From: an uncultured Acidobacteriota bacterium
Lineage (GTDB): Bacteria > Acidobacteriota > Thermoanaerobaculia > Multivoradales > JAHEKO01
DNA: 64,000 nt
NCBI GenBank assembly: GCA_963713825.1
Contig: CAVQNG010000001.1
Span: 224,001 to 288,000 of the forward strand
Direction: 5' to 3'
Both the position numbers and the translations under genes were made by a program. Position 1 is the first letter of the stretch, and each line of letters opens with the position of its first letter. Under the pieces are notes generated by a model, which ran no database searches, was not told the DNA's origin, and saw only the letters and a list, made by a program, of their open reading frames with translations. Of this stretch, positions 10,450-20,761 are shown in pieces.

Positions 10450-12043
10450 GCGCCAGGACCGATCCAGAGCCGAAGCGGTCGAGTTGGAACTCTTCGTCCA
10501 CCGATTTTCGGCGATCGCCTGGCAAATGGGCGAGGCCCTCCGCCGTACCGCGCTGTCCGTGAACGTCAAGGAACGATTGGATTTCTCCTGTGCCCTTCTG
10601 GACCCGGAGGGAGAGCTGGTCGTCAACGCGCCCCACATACCCGTTCACCTGGGTGCGCTCGGACTCTGCGTGCGTACCGTCAAAGACGTCTTGCCCCTTG
10701 GCCCTGGAGATGTCGCGGTAACGAATCATCCCGGATTTGGTGGTTCCCACCTACCGGATGTCACCGTCATCTCCCCTGTCTTTGGTGTGGCGTCTGCAAA
10801 GGGTTCGGGCGAGAGGCCACTGTTGGGCTACGTCGCTAGCCGTGCTCATCACGCGGAGATCGGCGGCAGCCGGCCGGGCTCGATGCCGCCGGGGGCGCAC
10901 AGCCTGGCCGAGGAGGGTGTCGTTCTCGAGCCTCAGTACCTGGTGCGGTCGGGAAGACCGATGTGGTCCGAGATCCGCCAGCGACTCACCGAGGGCCGGT
11001 TCCCTTCCAGGGCGGTGGAAGAGAACCTGGCCGACCTGGCGGCTGCTGTAGCGGCGAATCAACGAGGCATCCTGGCACTTCGGGAATTGGCTCAACTGCA
11101 TGGTGTTGGTACGGTCCACCACTACATGAACGCCCTGAAATGGCAGTCTGAGACTCGGGTCCGCGAGGCTCTCAGGGGTCTCGGGGATGGCACGTTCCAA
11201 GCTACGGAACAGCTCGATGATGGCTCGCCTCTCGCCGTGTCCCTAGAATTGTCGGATGGGCGGGGAGTGGTTAGTTTCGAGGGCTCATCGCCGGTGCATC
11301 CCGGCAATCTGAACGCCACACCGGCGGTCGTTCGCAGCGTTGTTCTCTACGCCTTTCGCTTGCTTCTCGACCGACCGCTACCGCTCAACGAGGGTTTGTT
11401 GAGAACAGTGCGATTGGAGATCCCCGAGGGGATCCTGAACCCCCCTTTTCCGTCCGACCCTCAGATGGCTCCAGCTGTGGTAGGTGGCAATGTAGAGACC
11501 AGTCAGCGTTTGGTGGACACCTTGATCAAGGCCCTCGGGCTGGCCGCATGCAGTCAGGGAACGATGAACAACGTTCTGTTCGGAAACGAGGACTTCGGTT
11601 ACTACGAGACCGTATGCGGAGGCTGTGGAGCAGGGGAGGGATTTGCTGGGCAGAGCGCCGTCCACAGCCACATGACAAACACCGCCATTACCGACCCGGA
11701 AGTTCTCGAGCATCGTTACCCGGTGCGGTTGGAGTCGTTCTCCATCCGGCGCGGCTCGGGTGGACGCGGTGTGTTTCGAGGCGGCGACGGAGTCGCGAGG
11801 GAGTTTCTATTCCTGCAACCGATGTCCCTGTCCATCTTGAGTCAGCACCGGGTCGAGGCTCCCTATGGCGCAGCGGGTGGTGGCAGGGGCTCTCTCGGCC
11901 GGCAGGTTGTCAGGCGCGCAGGCGGACAGGAAGTGTTTCTGGAAGGTGTCGATGGCTGTGAGGTCGAGCCGGGCGATCGACTGCTGCTCGAGACACCTGG
12001 AGGGGGCGGTTGGGGTCGAGCGGAGCCGGGAGATGCCGAGTGA
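10442..12043 (+). CDS. Hydantoinase B / 5-oxoprolinase C-terminal subunit
   Basis: SVNVKERLDFSCA, NAPHIPVHLG, HLPD, RAHHAEIGG, GGNVETSQR, SQGTMNN and ETPGGGG. Confidence 0.9.
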   Translation: MTERQDRSRAEAVELELFVHRFSAIAWQMGEALRRTALSVNVKERLDFSCALLDPEGELVVNAPHIPVHLGALGLCVRTVKDVLPLGPGDVAVTNHPGFGGSHLPDVTVISPVFGVASAKGSGERPLLGYVASRAHHAEIGGSRPGSMPPGAHSLAEEGVVLEPQYLVRSGRPMWSEIRQRLTEGRFPSRAVEENLADLAAAVAANQRGILALRELAQLHGVGTVHHYMNALKWQSETRVREALRGLGDGTFQATEQLDDGSPLAVSLELSDGRGVVSFEGSSPVHPGNLNATPAVVRSVVLYAFRLLLDRPLPLNEGLLRTVRLEIPEGILNPPFPSDPQMAPAVVGGNVETSQRLVDTLIKALGLAACSQGTMNNVLFGNEDFGYYETVCGGCGAGEGFAGQSAVHSHMTNTAITDPEVLEHRYPVRLESFSIRRGSGGRGVFRGGDGVAREFLFLQPMSLSILSQHRVEAPYGAAGGGRGSLGRQVVRRAGGQEVFLEGVDGCEVEPGDRLLLETPGGGGWGRAEPGDAE

Positions 12044-13329
12044 AACGCTTGGCATCCATCCTGCTGTGGTCGGTGATCGCAGCCGCGTTCATCGGACCGG
12101 GGACGGTGACGACAGCGGCTTCTGCCGGTGCCACCTACGGGCTGAGCCTTCTCTGGGCGCTGCTTTTCTCGACGGCCGCTTGCCTCGTCTTGCAGGAAGC
12201 CAGCGCCAGACTGACCATTGTTTCGGGGCGAAATCTCGGTCAAGCGCTACGTGACCAGTATCGGGCCGGGCCGCAGAAAGGAGCCGTGCTCTTCCTGGTC
12301 CTGGGAGCCATCGTCGCGGGATGCGCAGCCTATGAAGCCGGCAACATCCTGGGTGGAGTCTCGGGCGCGGTGATGGTGACCGGATGGCCGGCTCACCTCT
12401 TGACGCTGGGGAGTGGAGTGATCGCCGGCGCGCTGTTGTGGCGCAGCCCTCCACAGACCGTGGCGCGCAGCCTGAGCCTGGTCGTGGCAGTCATGGGTTT
12501 GGCTTTTCTTTGCACGGCAGTACTCCAGCGCCCCTCTCTAGGAGAGATTCTGCGAGCCAGCCTCGTGCCCTCGATGCCTAGAGGTTCGGGCCTTCTGATC
12601 TTGGGACTGGTGGGCACCACGGTAGTGCCCTACAACCTCTTCTTGGGTTCAGGTATTGCGGCCGGGCAGGAGCTGCGGGATTTGCGCCTCGGCTTGATGG
12701 TCGCAGTCGGGCTCGGGGGGCTCATCTCGATGGCGGTGTTGGTGACGGGAACTGCGGTGGAGGGCAGTTTCTCGTTTCTTGCCTTGTCCGAGGTCTTGAC
12801 AGTAGAGCTCGGCAGCTGGGCTGCGAGTCTATTTGCTCTTGGACTCCTCGGAGCCGGACTCTCTTCAGCCATTACCGCGCCGTTGGCGGCGGCCGTGACG
12901 GCTCGCAGCCTGCTTCAGGAGGACGGGGAGGATGACCGCTGGAGTCCGACTGCCTGGCGATATCGATCGGTTTGGATCGGGGTGCTGATGTTTGGACTCG
13001 GTTTCGGCCTCAGCGGCGTACGACCTGTCCCGGCCATCATCCTGGCGCAGGCTCTGAACGGCTTCTTGCTGCCGTTGGTCTCGGTATTCCTGTTTCTGGC
13101 CGTCAATGACCGAAGACTGATGGGAGAAGCCGTCAATGGCAGGCTGGCCAACGTTGCCACCCTCGGTGTGGTTTGGGTCGCCATGCTGCTTGGGGTGACA
13201 GCCGTATCCAGGGCGGTTTCAAGTGCTTTCGCTCTGCCACCCCTCGGTGGGTTTTGGCTCGTCGTGGTTTCCAGCTTCGTGATGCTGCTGTTGGTGGTAC
13301 CGGCGTACCGAAGCCGGCGAGGTCAGTGA
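12040..13329 (+). CDS. NRAMP-fold transporter (YcsG-like, non-canonical)
   Basis: AAFIGPGTVTT, QEASARL and GTTVVPYNLFL, with about 11 TM segments. The GTG start overlaps the upstream stop (GTGA). Confidence 0.85.
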   Translation: MKRLASILLWSVIAAAFIGPGTVTTAASAGATYGLSLLWALLFSTAACLVLQEASARLTIVSGRNLGQALRDQYRAGPQKGAVLFLVLGAIVAGCAAYEAGNILGGVSGAVMVTGWPAHLLTLGSGVIAGALLWRSPPQTVARSLSLVVAVMGLAFLCTAVLQRPSLGEILRASLVPSMPRGSGLLILGLVGTTVVPYNLFLGSGIAAGQELRDLRLGLMVAVGLGGLISMAVLVTGTAVEGSFSFLALSEVLTVELGSWAASLFALGLLGAGLSSAITAPLAAAVTARSLLQEDGEDDRWSPTAWRYRSVWIGVLMFGLGFGLSGVRPVPAIILAQALNGFLLPLVSVFLFLAVNDRRLMGEAVNGRLANVATLGVVWVAMLLGVTAVSRAVSSAFALPPLGGFWLVVVSSFVMLLLVVPAYRSRRGQ

Positions 13330-13374
13330 AGGAATTGACCGCCCCAGCGCAGCAAATAGGAGGGAGAGAGTCGA

Positions 13375-14727
13375 TCAGCGGACAGAGGCCAAGGAACTCA
13401 CAGAAGAAAACGACGCGGCTGCCCTCCAGAGGGTGACGGTGCGGGCGAGCATGAAGGCAGCCAACGAGGCCCACAGAAGGTGGTTGTTCTCGAAGCGAAG
13501 GGCTAGCGCTGCAATGGGCAAGAAGACAACGAACGTGCTTATCAGCATGGCGTTTCTCAGCGCTCGTCCGGCCGTCAGGCCGAGAAACAGTCCGTCGTAG
13601 ATATAGGCCAGGGAACCGAACAGCAGCACTGGGGCGAGCCATGGCAGGTACTGGAGAGCGGTTTCGACAGTTTGTGGGTGTGATGTCAGGAGGCGGATAG
13701 GGGCCGCTGGCCGGAGGATGGCGAGCGCTGAGAATGGCAGGGCAAAGGCGAGCCCAACCCTCAAGGCGAGACGCTGAAGGCGCCTCAGAGCGCTTCGGTC
13801 CCCGGTCCCGAAGAGAATTCCCGCCAGACTCTCCGTGGCGAAAGCGGCGCCGTCGATGAGGTAGGCCGCCAACATCACCCAGCGGAGGAGAACGGCGTTG
13901 GCCGCCAGGATCACGGTGCCGAGTATCGAGCTGAAATTGGTGAACAAGGCGAAGGCACTGACCAGTGCGATGGTCCGCAGCAGAATGTCCCGATTGAGCC
14001 GCATCAGCTTCGTTAGAGCCTGCGCCTGCCAGACCTCCGACCAGACCCAGGGAACCTCGCTCCTGCGGGTGCGGAAGAGAACGAGAGCCGCCACGAGCAT
14101 GAGGAACTGACTGATTGTGGTTCCGAGACCGGCTCCGAAAGCGGCCAGGTCCATCTCCACGATGAAGACATAGTCGAGGATGACGTTGGCGATATTGGCC
14201 ACCGCTGTCATCACCAGAGCCGCGCCACTTTCTTCCCTGCCGAGGAACCAACCCAGAAATACGAAGTTGGAAAGCGTGGCGGGTGCCGCCCAGATGCGGG
14301 CGTTGAAGTAGGCCCGTCCCGCTGCTTCTACTTCGGGTGCGCCGCCAAGCAGAAGAAAGCCACTCTCCCTGAGTGGAACTCGGAGAATCAGAATAGCCAC
14401 AGCCAGCAGCCAGGCGAGAAGAAGTGATCGGTAAAGGGTACGAAAGACCTCTCCCGTATCGCTACGACCGACAGCCTGCGCCGTGGTGCCAGTCGTACCC
14501 ATGCGGAGAAACCCGAACGACCAGTAGACGTACTCGAAGATCACCGATGCAAGAGCGACACCGGCGAGAAAGTGAATGCTCTCGAGGTGTCCGAGCAGCG
14601 CGGTATCGACCAGGGAGGCTAGCGGTACCGTGATGTTCGCGACGATGTTGAGAAATGTGAGACGGGCAAAGCGGCGACGTAGATCACCATTCTTGACACT
14701 CGTCTTGTGGTCGATCTCGGATTGCAT
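13375..14727 (-). CDS. MATE family efflux transporter (DinF-like)
   Basis: NITVPLASLVDTALLGHL, FLRMGTTG and DGAAFATE. Start re-placed at ATG 14727. Confidence 0.88.
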   Translation of the reverse strand: MQSEIDHKTSVKNGDLRRRFARLTFLNIVANITVPLASLVDTALLGHLESIHFLAGVALASVIFEYVYWSFGFLRMGTTGTTAQAVGRSDTGEVFRTLYRSLLLAWLLAVAILILRVPLRESGFLLLGGAPEVEAAGRAYFNARIWAAPATLSNFVFLGWFLGREESGAALVMTAVANIANVILDYVFIVEMDLAAFGAGLGTTISQFLMLVAALVLFRTRRSEVPWVWSEVWQAQALTKLMRLNRDILLRTIALVSAFALFTNFSSILGTVILAANAVLLRWVMLAAYLIDGAAFATESLAGILFGTGDRSALRRLQRLALRVGLAFALPFSALAILRPAAPIRLLTSHPQTVETALQYLPWLAPVLLFGSLAYIYDGLFLGLTAGRALRNAMLISTFVVFLPIAALALRFENNHLLWASLAAFMLARTVTLWRAAASFSSVSSLASVR

Positions 14728-14824
14728 GCCCTGTGCCCGATGGCGCGATCGCTGTTGGTGACGATTGGTGGCGGGCGATAGACTATCCCGAGTTGGAAGG
14801 CAATGAACGAAAGGGTTCTGAGGT

Positions 14825-16306
14825 ATGAGAACGCAATGCAGGAACCGAGTGATTCGAACGAGCCTTGCGGCCCCGATTCTGGTGCTGCTGACGACAATTG
14901 GCTGTGCCACCAATCCTGCGACAGGCGGCCGCCAGTTGATGCTGGTGAGCCAGGAGCAGGAGTCCCAGATGGGTCGCCAGCAAGACGAGCAGATCGTCGC
15001 CAGTGGCCAGGTCTACGACGATCAAGACCTGCAGGACTATGTCCAGGGCTTGGGCTCCCAGTTGGCTGCGGTGTCCGAGCGACCCGAGCTGCCGTGGACC
15101 TTCCGGGTTCTCGATGACGACATTGTCAATGCTTTTGCGGCCCCGGGCGGCTATATCTACGTCACCCGCGGGATTCTCAGTCATCTCAATTCGGAAGCGG
15201 AGTTGATGACCGTGCTCGGGCACGAGATCGGCCATGTGACCGCTCGACACTCAGCCAACCAGATCAGCAAGCAACAGCTCATGGGGATGGGGTTGGCGGT
15301 GGGCATGATTCTGGAGCCGGCGGTAGCGGCCTGGAGCGATGTGGCGCAAGCGGGCCTCGGCCTCGCGGCGTTGAAGTTCTCGCGAGACGACGAGCGCCAG
15401 GCGGACAGACTCGGTCTGCGTTACATGCTGGGTGCGGGCTACGACCCTCACCAGGCGCCGGAGGTATTCGACATGCTCGATCGAGTGACCCGGACCAGCG
15501 GCAACGGTGGAATGCCAAGCTGGGCGTCGACCCATCCGCAGCCGGAGAACCGGACCGGTCTGATCGATCGGCAGCTGGCAGAAATGGAGCCTCTGCCAGT
15601 CGATCTGACCGTCGAGCGGAGAGGCTATCTACAACGACTGAACGGACTGGTGTTCGGGCCAGATCCCCGGGAGGGATTCTTCAGAGACGAGTTGTTCCTG
15701 CACCCTGGTTTGGCATTCCGCATCGATTTTCCGCGCGGCTGGAAGACCCACAACGCCAAGGACCTGGTCGCCGGTGTGAGCCCGAATCAGGATGCGGCCA
15801 TCGTCCTGGGTTTGGCAGAGGAGAAGGATGCGTTGCGGGCGGCGGAGAAGTTCGTGCGGGATGAAGGTGTTCGCGGTGAGAGTCCGAGAACAGGCCGAAT
15901 CAACGGTCAGCAAGCAGCATGGACTCGATTTGAAGTGGCAACGGGAGCCAGTTCCGAGGACTTCGCGGGACGGGCTCTTTTCGTGCTGCATGGGGACCTG
16001 GTCTTCAGGATCGTCGGCTATGCCCCACGTAGTCGCTGGAGCGGCTATGCGAAGACGGTCGAGGCCGCGATGCAGACCTTTGCCAGGGAGACCGATCCGC
16101 AGGTCCTGAACATTCAACCGGCCCGCGTCATGCTGGTGCAGGCCGACTCCGCCATGAGTCTCAGCGAATTCTGCCGACGCCATGGATCGAGCATCTCTGT
16201 CGAGGAGGTGGCGCTGCTCAACGATCTTCGTCCCAATGCGAGCGTCGAAAAGGGAGACCTGATCAAGCTGGTGATCGGCGGCCCACCGGCCGCAGCGAAA
16301 CGCTAG
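14825..16306 (+). CDS. M48-family zinc metalloprotease lipoprotein with LysM-like C-terminus
   Basis: Lipobox-like [21 protein letters not shown] (HExxH), ERQAD and STHP. Confidence 0.88.
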   Translation: MRTQCRNRVIRTSLAAPILVLLTTIGCATNPATGGRQLMLVSQEQESQMGRQQDEQIVASGQVYDDQDLQDYVQGLGSQLAAVSERPELPWTFRVLDDDIVNAFAAPGGYIYVTRGILSHLNSEAELMTVLGHEIGHVTARHSANQISKQQLMGMGLAVGMILEPAVAAWSDVAQAGLGLAALKFSRDDERQADRLGLRYMLGAGYDPHQAPEVFDMLDRVTRTSGNGGMPSWASTHPQPENRTGLIDRQLAEMEPLPVDLTVERRGYLQRLNGLVFGPDPREGFFRDELFLHPGLAFRIDFPRGWKTHNAKDLVAGVSPNQDAAIVLGLAEEKDALRAAEKFVRDEGVRGESPRTGRINGQQAAWTRFEVATGASSEDFAGRALFVLHGDLVFRIVGYAPRSRWSGYAKTVEAAMQTFARETDPQVLNIQPARVMLVQADSAMSLSEFCRRHGSSISVEEVALLNDLRPNASVEKGDLIKLVIGGPPAAAKR

Positions 16307-17271
16307 ATGCGCTCCTGCTCCGAGATTTCTTCGAGCCATCGCTCGGCATCGATCGCAGCCTTGCAGCCGGAGCCGGCCGCGCTGATGGCTTGTCTGTAGA
16401 TCGGATCTGTAGCGTCGCCACAGGCAAAGACACCCTCGACGTTGGTTCGCGTCGAGGGTTCCTGAGTCTCAATGTAGCCCACATCGTTCAACTCCAGCAC
16501 ATCCCGAAACAGGGCCGTGTTGGGAGTGTGGCCAATGGCGACGAAGACTCCATCACAGGGAAATTCGGACTCCTCGCCGGTTTGCGTGTCTTCGAGTCGG
16601 ACGCCATGGACCTTGTCCTCACGACTGCCGATGATCTCGATGACCTGCTTGTTCCACAGCCAATCGACCTTGTCGTTGGCCCGAGCTCGGTCCTGCATGA
16701 TCTGCGAGGCGCGGAGCTCGTCTCGTCGGTGAATCACCGTCACTTTGCTGGCGAATTTCGTTAGAAAGACAGCTTCCTCGAGGGCGCTGTCACCGCCGCC
16801 GATGACGACGACCTCTTTGTCTTTGAAGAAGAATCCGTCGCAGGTTGCGCAGGCGGAGACTCCATAGCCCATGAGCTCTCGTTCCGACTCCAGGCCGATC
16901 TGTTTGGCACTGGCTCCAGTGGCGATGATCAGGCTGTCGGCCAAGTAGCGGTCCTCGTCGGTGCGGATTTCGAAGGGTCTGGTCGCTAGGTCGACCGCGG
17001 AAACCGCTTCGAACTTGACCTGAGCGCCAAAGCGCTTCGCCTGGGTCCGCATCCTATCCATCAGCTCCGGTCCCAGAATACCGTCCGGAAAGCCCGGAAA
17101 GTTCTCCACGTCGGTGGTGATGGTGAGCTGTCCGCCCGGTTGAGTGCCCTCGAGAACGAGGGGGTTGAGGTTGGCCCTGCCGGCATAGAGTGCGGCGGTC
17201 AGACCAGCAGGTCCCGAGCCCATCACGATGACATTGAAGTGGTTGTTGTCAGGGTTTCCGGTGGTCGACAT
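16303..17271 (-). CDS. trxB: Thioredoxin-disulfide reductase
   Basis: GSGPAG, GGQL, CATCDG, GGGDSA and HRRD. Confidence 0.96.
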   Translation of the reverse strand: MSTTGNPDNNHFNVIVMGSGPAGLTAALYAGRANLNPLVLEGTQPGGQLTITTDVENFPGFPDGILGPELMDRMRTQAKRFGAQVKFEAVSAVDLATRPFEIRTDEDRYLADSLIIATGASAKQIGLESERELMGYGVSACATCDGFFFKDKEVVVIGGGDSALEEAVFLTKFASKVTVIHRRDELRASQIMQDRARANDKVDWLWNKQVIEIIGSREDKVHGVRLEDTQTGEESEFPCDGVFVAIGHTPNTALFRDVLELNDVGYIETQEPSTRTNVEGVFACGDATDPIYRQAISAAGSGCKAAIDAERWLEEISEQERI

Positions 17272-17475
17272 GATTGCCTGAGTCTCCTGCGTCCTCTCTG
17301 AATGTCGATTCGGCGACCGGAGACGATACCGGTCGGTAAAAGGGAAACCAGTATAGCAATCGTCGCGCCGTGGGGGAGAATGGGCTATGCTCTGCGGCGC
17401 GACTGTGACAAGAGCGAGGTGCTTAGAGAGTCGATCTCGGGTCGATAGGCCATACCAGGAAAGGGAGAAGAGTCG

Positions 17476-17994
17476 ATGTTAGCCAGTGAAGAACTGCTGT
17501 CCGCAATGAATCAACAGGTTGGTAACGAGTTTGGAGCGTCCCTGCAATACGTGTCCATTGCCTCCTATTTCGACCGCGAAGCACTGAGCGGCTTGGCTCG
17601 GTTCTTCTACCGGCAGGCCGACGAAGAACGTGATCACGCCATGAAGTTCGCGCACTTCGTCGTCGATGCGGATGGGACTCTCGAGATTCCGGCGATACCT
17701 GCTCCCAAGAGCGACTTCGCCAGTGCGGAAGAGGCCGTGAAGTTGGCACTCGAATGGGAAGAAGAAGTGACGCAGCAAGTCTACAATCTGGTCGATATCG
17801 CCAAGCGGGATTCGAACTACATTGCCGTCCGGTTCCTCGACTGGTTTGTCAACGAGCAGTTTGAAGAAGTAAACACCATGAGTACTCTCCTACATGTCGT
17901 GAAGCGGGCAGGCGAAGGTGGCCTGCTGCACGTGGAGGAATTTCTGGCACGCGAAGGTGGGGAAATTCCGCCACCAGATGTCGATCTAGGGTAG
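17476..17994 (+). CDS. Bacterial non-heme ferritin
   Basis: Ferroxidase residues in E..A...[16 protein letters not shown] and [12 protein letters not shown]. Confidence 0.9.
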   Translation: MLASEELLSAMNQQVGNEFGASLQYVSIASYFDREALSGLARFFYRQADEERDHAMKFAHFVVDADGTLEIPAIPAPKSDFASAEEAVKLALEWEEEVTQQVYNLVDIAKRDSNYIAVRFLDWFVNEQFEEVNTMSTLLHVVKRAGEGGLLHVEEFLAREGGEIPPPDVDLG

Positions 17995-18044
17995 CAGCCA
18001 GGCCGAAATCCGACCCGCAAGTGGTAGTTTGTAAAGGGGGCCTT

Positions 18045-19010
18045 TCAGCTGGTTGTGGCTGCGAGGCCCTCGATGATTTCCAGCACGTTGGAGGCGCCTC
18101 CACGCGTCAAGTTGTCCATCACTGCCCACAGTTGGTAGGAACCGGGAGAAGCTGGAACGGCACGTAGATCGGAGATCAAGATCTCTTCTCGAGCTGCTGC
18201 GTCTGTTGGGCCCGGAGAATCATCCTCACCGGCTTCTTCGATTCGGGGATGGGAGGTCAGGCACGCCCGCACCCGATCGATGCCAGGGTCCTCCTCGAAG
18301 CTGATGAACAGATTGCACGCTAGGCTGTGAAAGACCCCGGCCTGGACGACTTGCAACGCAAGGGCCGGAACTTTGCCGAGAACGGCAACCAATTGATCGA
18401 GAGTATCGGAATCGACCGTCGAGACCGGTAGGAGGTTGAAGGCAATCTGCTTGCCGAAGACCGTCGTTGGCTTGTCCTCCTGCATGGCGAGAATCGAACG
18501 GGCTTGATTGAACAACTCGTCGAGCCCCGCTTGCTCCTTGCCCGAGGCCGGCATCAGTACTTGTGCAACGGCCAGGGTCGGTCCCAGGTCCTTCAGTGGC
18601 TCCAGGAGATGTGCCAGAAGGATCGTCATCGGTGACGGACTGATGATCACCTTGGCTGTTTGATCTTCGATGGATGCCGAGCCGATACCGGCCACCACCG
18701 GTATGCCGGCTGACCACTCACCGGACGGATCGACCACCATCAGGGTCGTGGCAGAAGAGAGACCCGGCGGGCTCTCGATCTGTCTTCGTTTGCCGCCGAG
18801 CACAATTGCGAAATCGATTCCGTCGAGAGTTTCCACGCTGCATTCCTGGATTAGGGCCGCATCGCCAGCGAAGTCGGTGACGGCGCCGATCTGATCCTCT
18901 TCTGTCGCCAGGAGACGCACCTCGGACCAGAGCTCTTTGCGACGGCTCAACTCCTGTTTGATCTCCTCGCCGAGCAGCGATTGCGGATTGATGAGTGCCA
19001 GGATGGTCAT
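18045..19010 (-). CDS. Aspartate-semialdehyde-dehydrogenase-like (Asd/USG) protein with degenerate active site
   Basis: ASG..AGLDELFNQ, QIAFNLLP and WAVMDNLTRGGASN match the Asd dimerisation domain. The catalytic Cys is absent. Confidence 0.8.
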   Translation of the reverse strand: MTILALINPQSLLGEEIKQELSRRKELWSEVRLLATEEDQIGAVTDFAGDAALIQECSVETLDGIDFAIVLGGKRRQIESPPGLSSATTLMVVDPSGEWSAGIPVVAGIGSASIEDQTAKVIISPSPMTILLAHLLEPLKDLGPTLAVAQVLMPASGKEQAGLDELFNQARSILAMQEDKPTTVFGKQIAFNLLPVSTVDSDTLDQLVAVLGKVPALALQVVQAGVFHSLACNLFISFEEDPGIDRVRACLTSHPRIEEAGEDDSPGPTDAAAREEILISDLRAVPASPGSYQLWAVMDNLTRGGASNVLEIIEGLAATTS

Positions 19011-19103
19011 GATCGATTCTCTGAAGACTCGGGCTGCCGGCGTCGAGTGCCTGGATCAGCAAGACCCTCGGCGCCCGAATGCCTGGCAGGGACTGGGTCG
19101 AAC

Positions 19104-19739
19104 CTACGGTTTCTTGGACCTGGCCACCACGGTTTCCCCTTCACAGAGGCGGTCCCCTGGGTGAACCAGAATCTCGTAGTTGTCGGAGAGCATCAGATCC
19201 ACCCGAGATCCGAACTTGATCAAGCCCATCAGATCACCCCGCTCGACTAGGTCGCCGGGAACCAATCGACAGACAACGCGTCGCGCCACCAGGCCAGCAA
19301 TTTGTCGCACCCCGATGAGGTCTCCGTCGGAGCGGCGAAAGATCGTCAGATGGTTCTCATTGACGGTTCCCGCCTGCGGCTTGAAGGCGGCGATCTTGCG
19401 TCCGCTGGTGAATCGACTTTCAACGACTTCACCGCCGACAGGCGCGCGTTGCACGTGAACATCGAAGACGGACAGGAAAGTGACGACTCGCTGTACATCC
19501 TCACCACTGTCGGTCAGTGACGGACTTCGATCGATGCGAAGGATACGGCCGTTGGCCGGCGCCAGGATGCTGTCGTCGCCGGCGTTCGACTTCCTGCTGG
19601 GGATTCGGAAGAACAGCAGGACGAGAACGGCGATGCCGCCCAAGGCGACTGCCCAGGTCGTTTGTCGCAATAGCAATAGGACCAGGGCCGCGACTGCGAG
19701 TGGCAGAACAAACGGCTGTGATTCTTTGGCGAAGGTCAT
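19104..19739 (-). CDS. psd: Phosphatidylserine decarboxylase (short type)
   Basis: FFR.P, FLSVFDVHVQR, QIAG.VARR and the IKFGSRVD autocleavage motif. Confidence 0.92.
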   Translation of the reverse strand: MTFAKESQPFVLPLAVAALVLLLLRQTTWAVALGGIAVLVLLFFRIPSRKSNAGDDSILAPANGRILRIDRSPSLTDSGEDVQRVVTFLSVFDVHVQRAPVGGEVVESRFTSGRKIAAFKPQAGTVNENHLTIFRRSDGDLIGVRQIAGLVARRVVCRLVPGDLVERGDLMGLIKFGSRVDLMLSDNYEILVHPGDRLCEGETVVARSKKP

Positions 19740-19808
19740 TGGGATCCTGGGATTGGTCGGGTGGTGAAGAGGGCTCTGCCTACTACACTGGATCGCCTGA
19801 GTAGCCGG

Positions 19809-20045
19809 TCAGGCCGGCGCTTCCTGGTTTCGGTGTTGCCGCAGTATGGCTTCCATCTGGTCCTTGAGGAAGAGCTTCTGGCGCTTGATCTGCTTCTCCT
19901 CGCGCTCGTTTCTCTCGGAAAGGAGGGAGTTTTCGTGGAGCTGGATGAGTTGTCGCTCACAGTCCTGGTGCTTGTCGAATAGGGAGCGGAATTCCTCGTT
20001 GTTGGCGAGCAACTCCTCCCTCAAGATGTCATCTGTCTTGGCCAT
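19809..20045 (-). CDS. DUF465/YdcH-family small coiled-coil protein
   Basis: EFRSL...H and IKRQKLFLKDQM. AGGAGG SD. Confidence 0.85.
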   Translation of the reverse strand: MAKTDDILREELLANNEEFRSLFDKHQDCERQLIQLHENSLLSERNEREEKQIKRQKLFLKDQMEAILRQHRNQEAPA

Positions 20046-20245
20046 CCTCTGTACCTCCTGGCAAGATTTGATCCATCCCCCGCAGCACGAGGGATTGATG
20101 GGTTGGTCGGTCTCCGATCACGGACTCTCGATTCGTCGTGCGGTCCTGCTCCGAGTCGGTCGGCAGAGAGCCATCAGAGGCGGGATAGATCCAGCGACAG
20201 GCACACGACAACGTGAGGTCAGAATAGCACTGGCGTCAGGGTCGA

Positions 20246-20761
20246 TCAAGACGGGTCGGTCGGTGGGAGCCCCTCGAGATCGGTAGCTAGGACCAGTGCA
20301 GCACAGCCATCGGCGTAGTAGCTGGGGCGACGATAGAGGATCCGAAATGAGAACCTCCGATAGAGAGCTAGGGCGGGCGAGTTGTCAGCTCGAACCTCCA
20401 AGAAACAGGTGGCAGTGGCATTCTCCCTCAGGCGGCGAAGGGTCGTGGCAAGGAGCTGCGAGCCTATGCCCCGGCCGCGAAAATGGGGCTCGACAGTCAG
20501 TCGGAGAATCTCGGCCTCGTCCGCAACCCGTCGGATTGCGATGTAGCCGATCGGTTTACGGGTCTGGGCATGAATCGCTACCAGCAAGACGGAGCCGGGA
20601 TTCTCAAGCTGTTGAGCGAGGGCACCGGAGCTCCAGGGGCTGGTCATGCCCTGTTGCTCCAGGCTCAAGAGATGGGGCAGGTCGGCGGGCGAGCCGGTCT
20701 CGATTGTCACTTGAGGATTCGGCAGGTCCCTGGAGCCGTTCCGGGCTCCCTTGTCCCTCAT
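20246..20761 (-). CDS. rimI: Ribosomal-protein-alanine N-acetyltransferase
   Basis: GNAT RGRGIG, LEVRADN..ALALY and YY. The ATG overlaps the tsaB stop (TAATG). Confidence 0.85.
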   Translation of the reverse strand: MRDKGARNGSRDLPNPQVTIETGSPADLPHLLSLEQQGMTSPWSSGALAQQLENPGSVLLVAIHAQTRKPIGYIAIRRVADEAEILRLTVEPHFRGRGIGSQLLATTLRRLRENATATCFLEVRADNSPALALYRRFSFRILYRRPSYYADGCAALVLATDLEGLPPTDPS

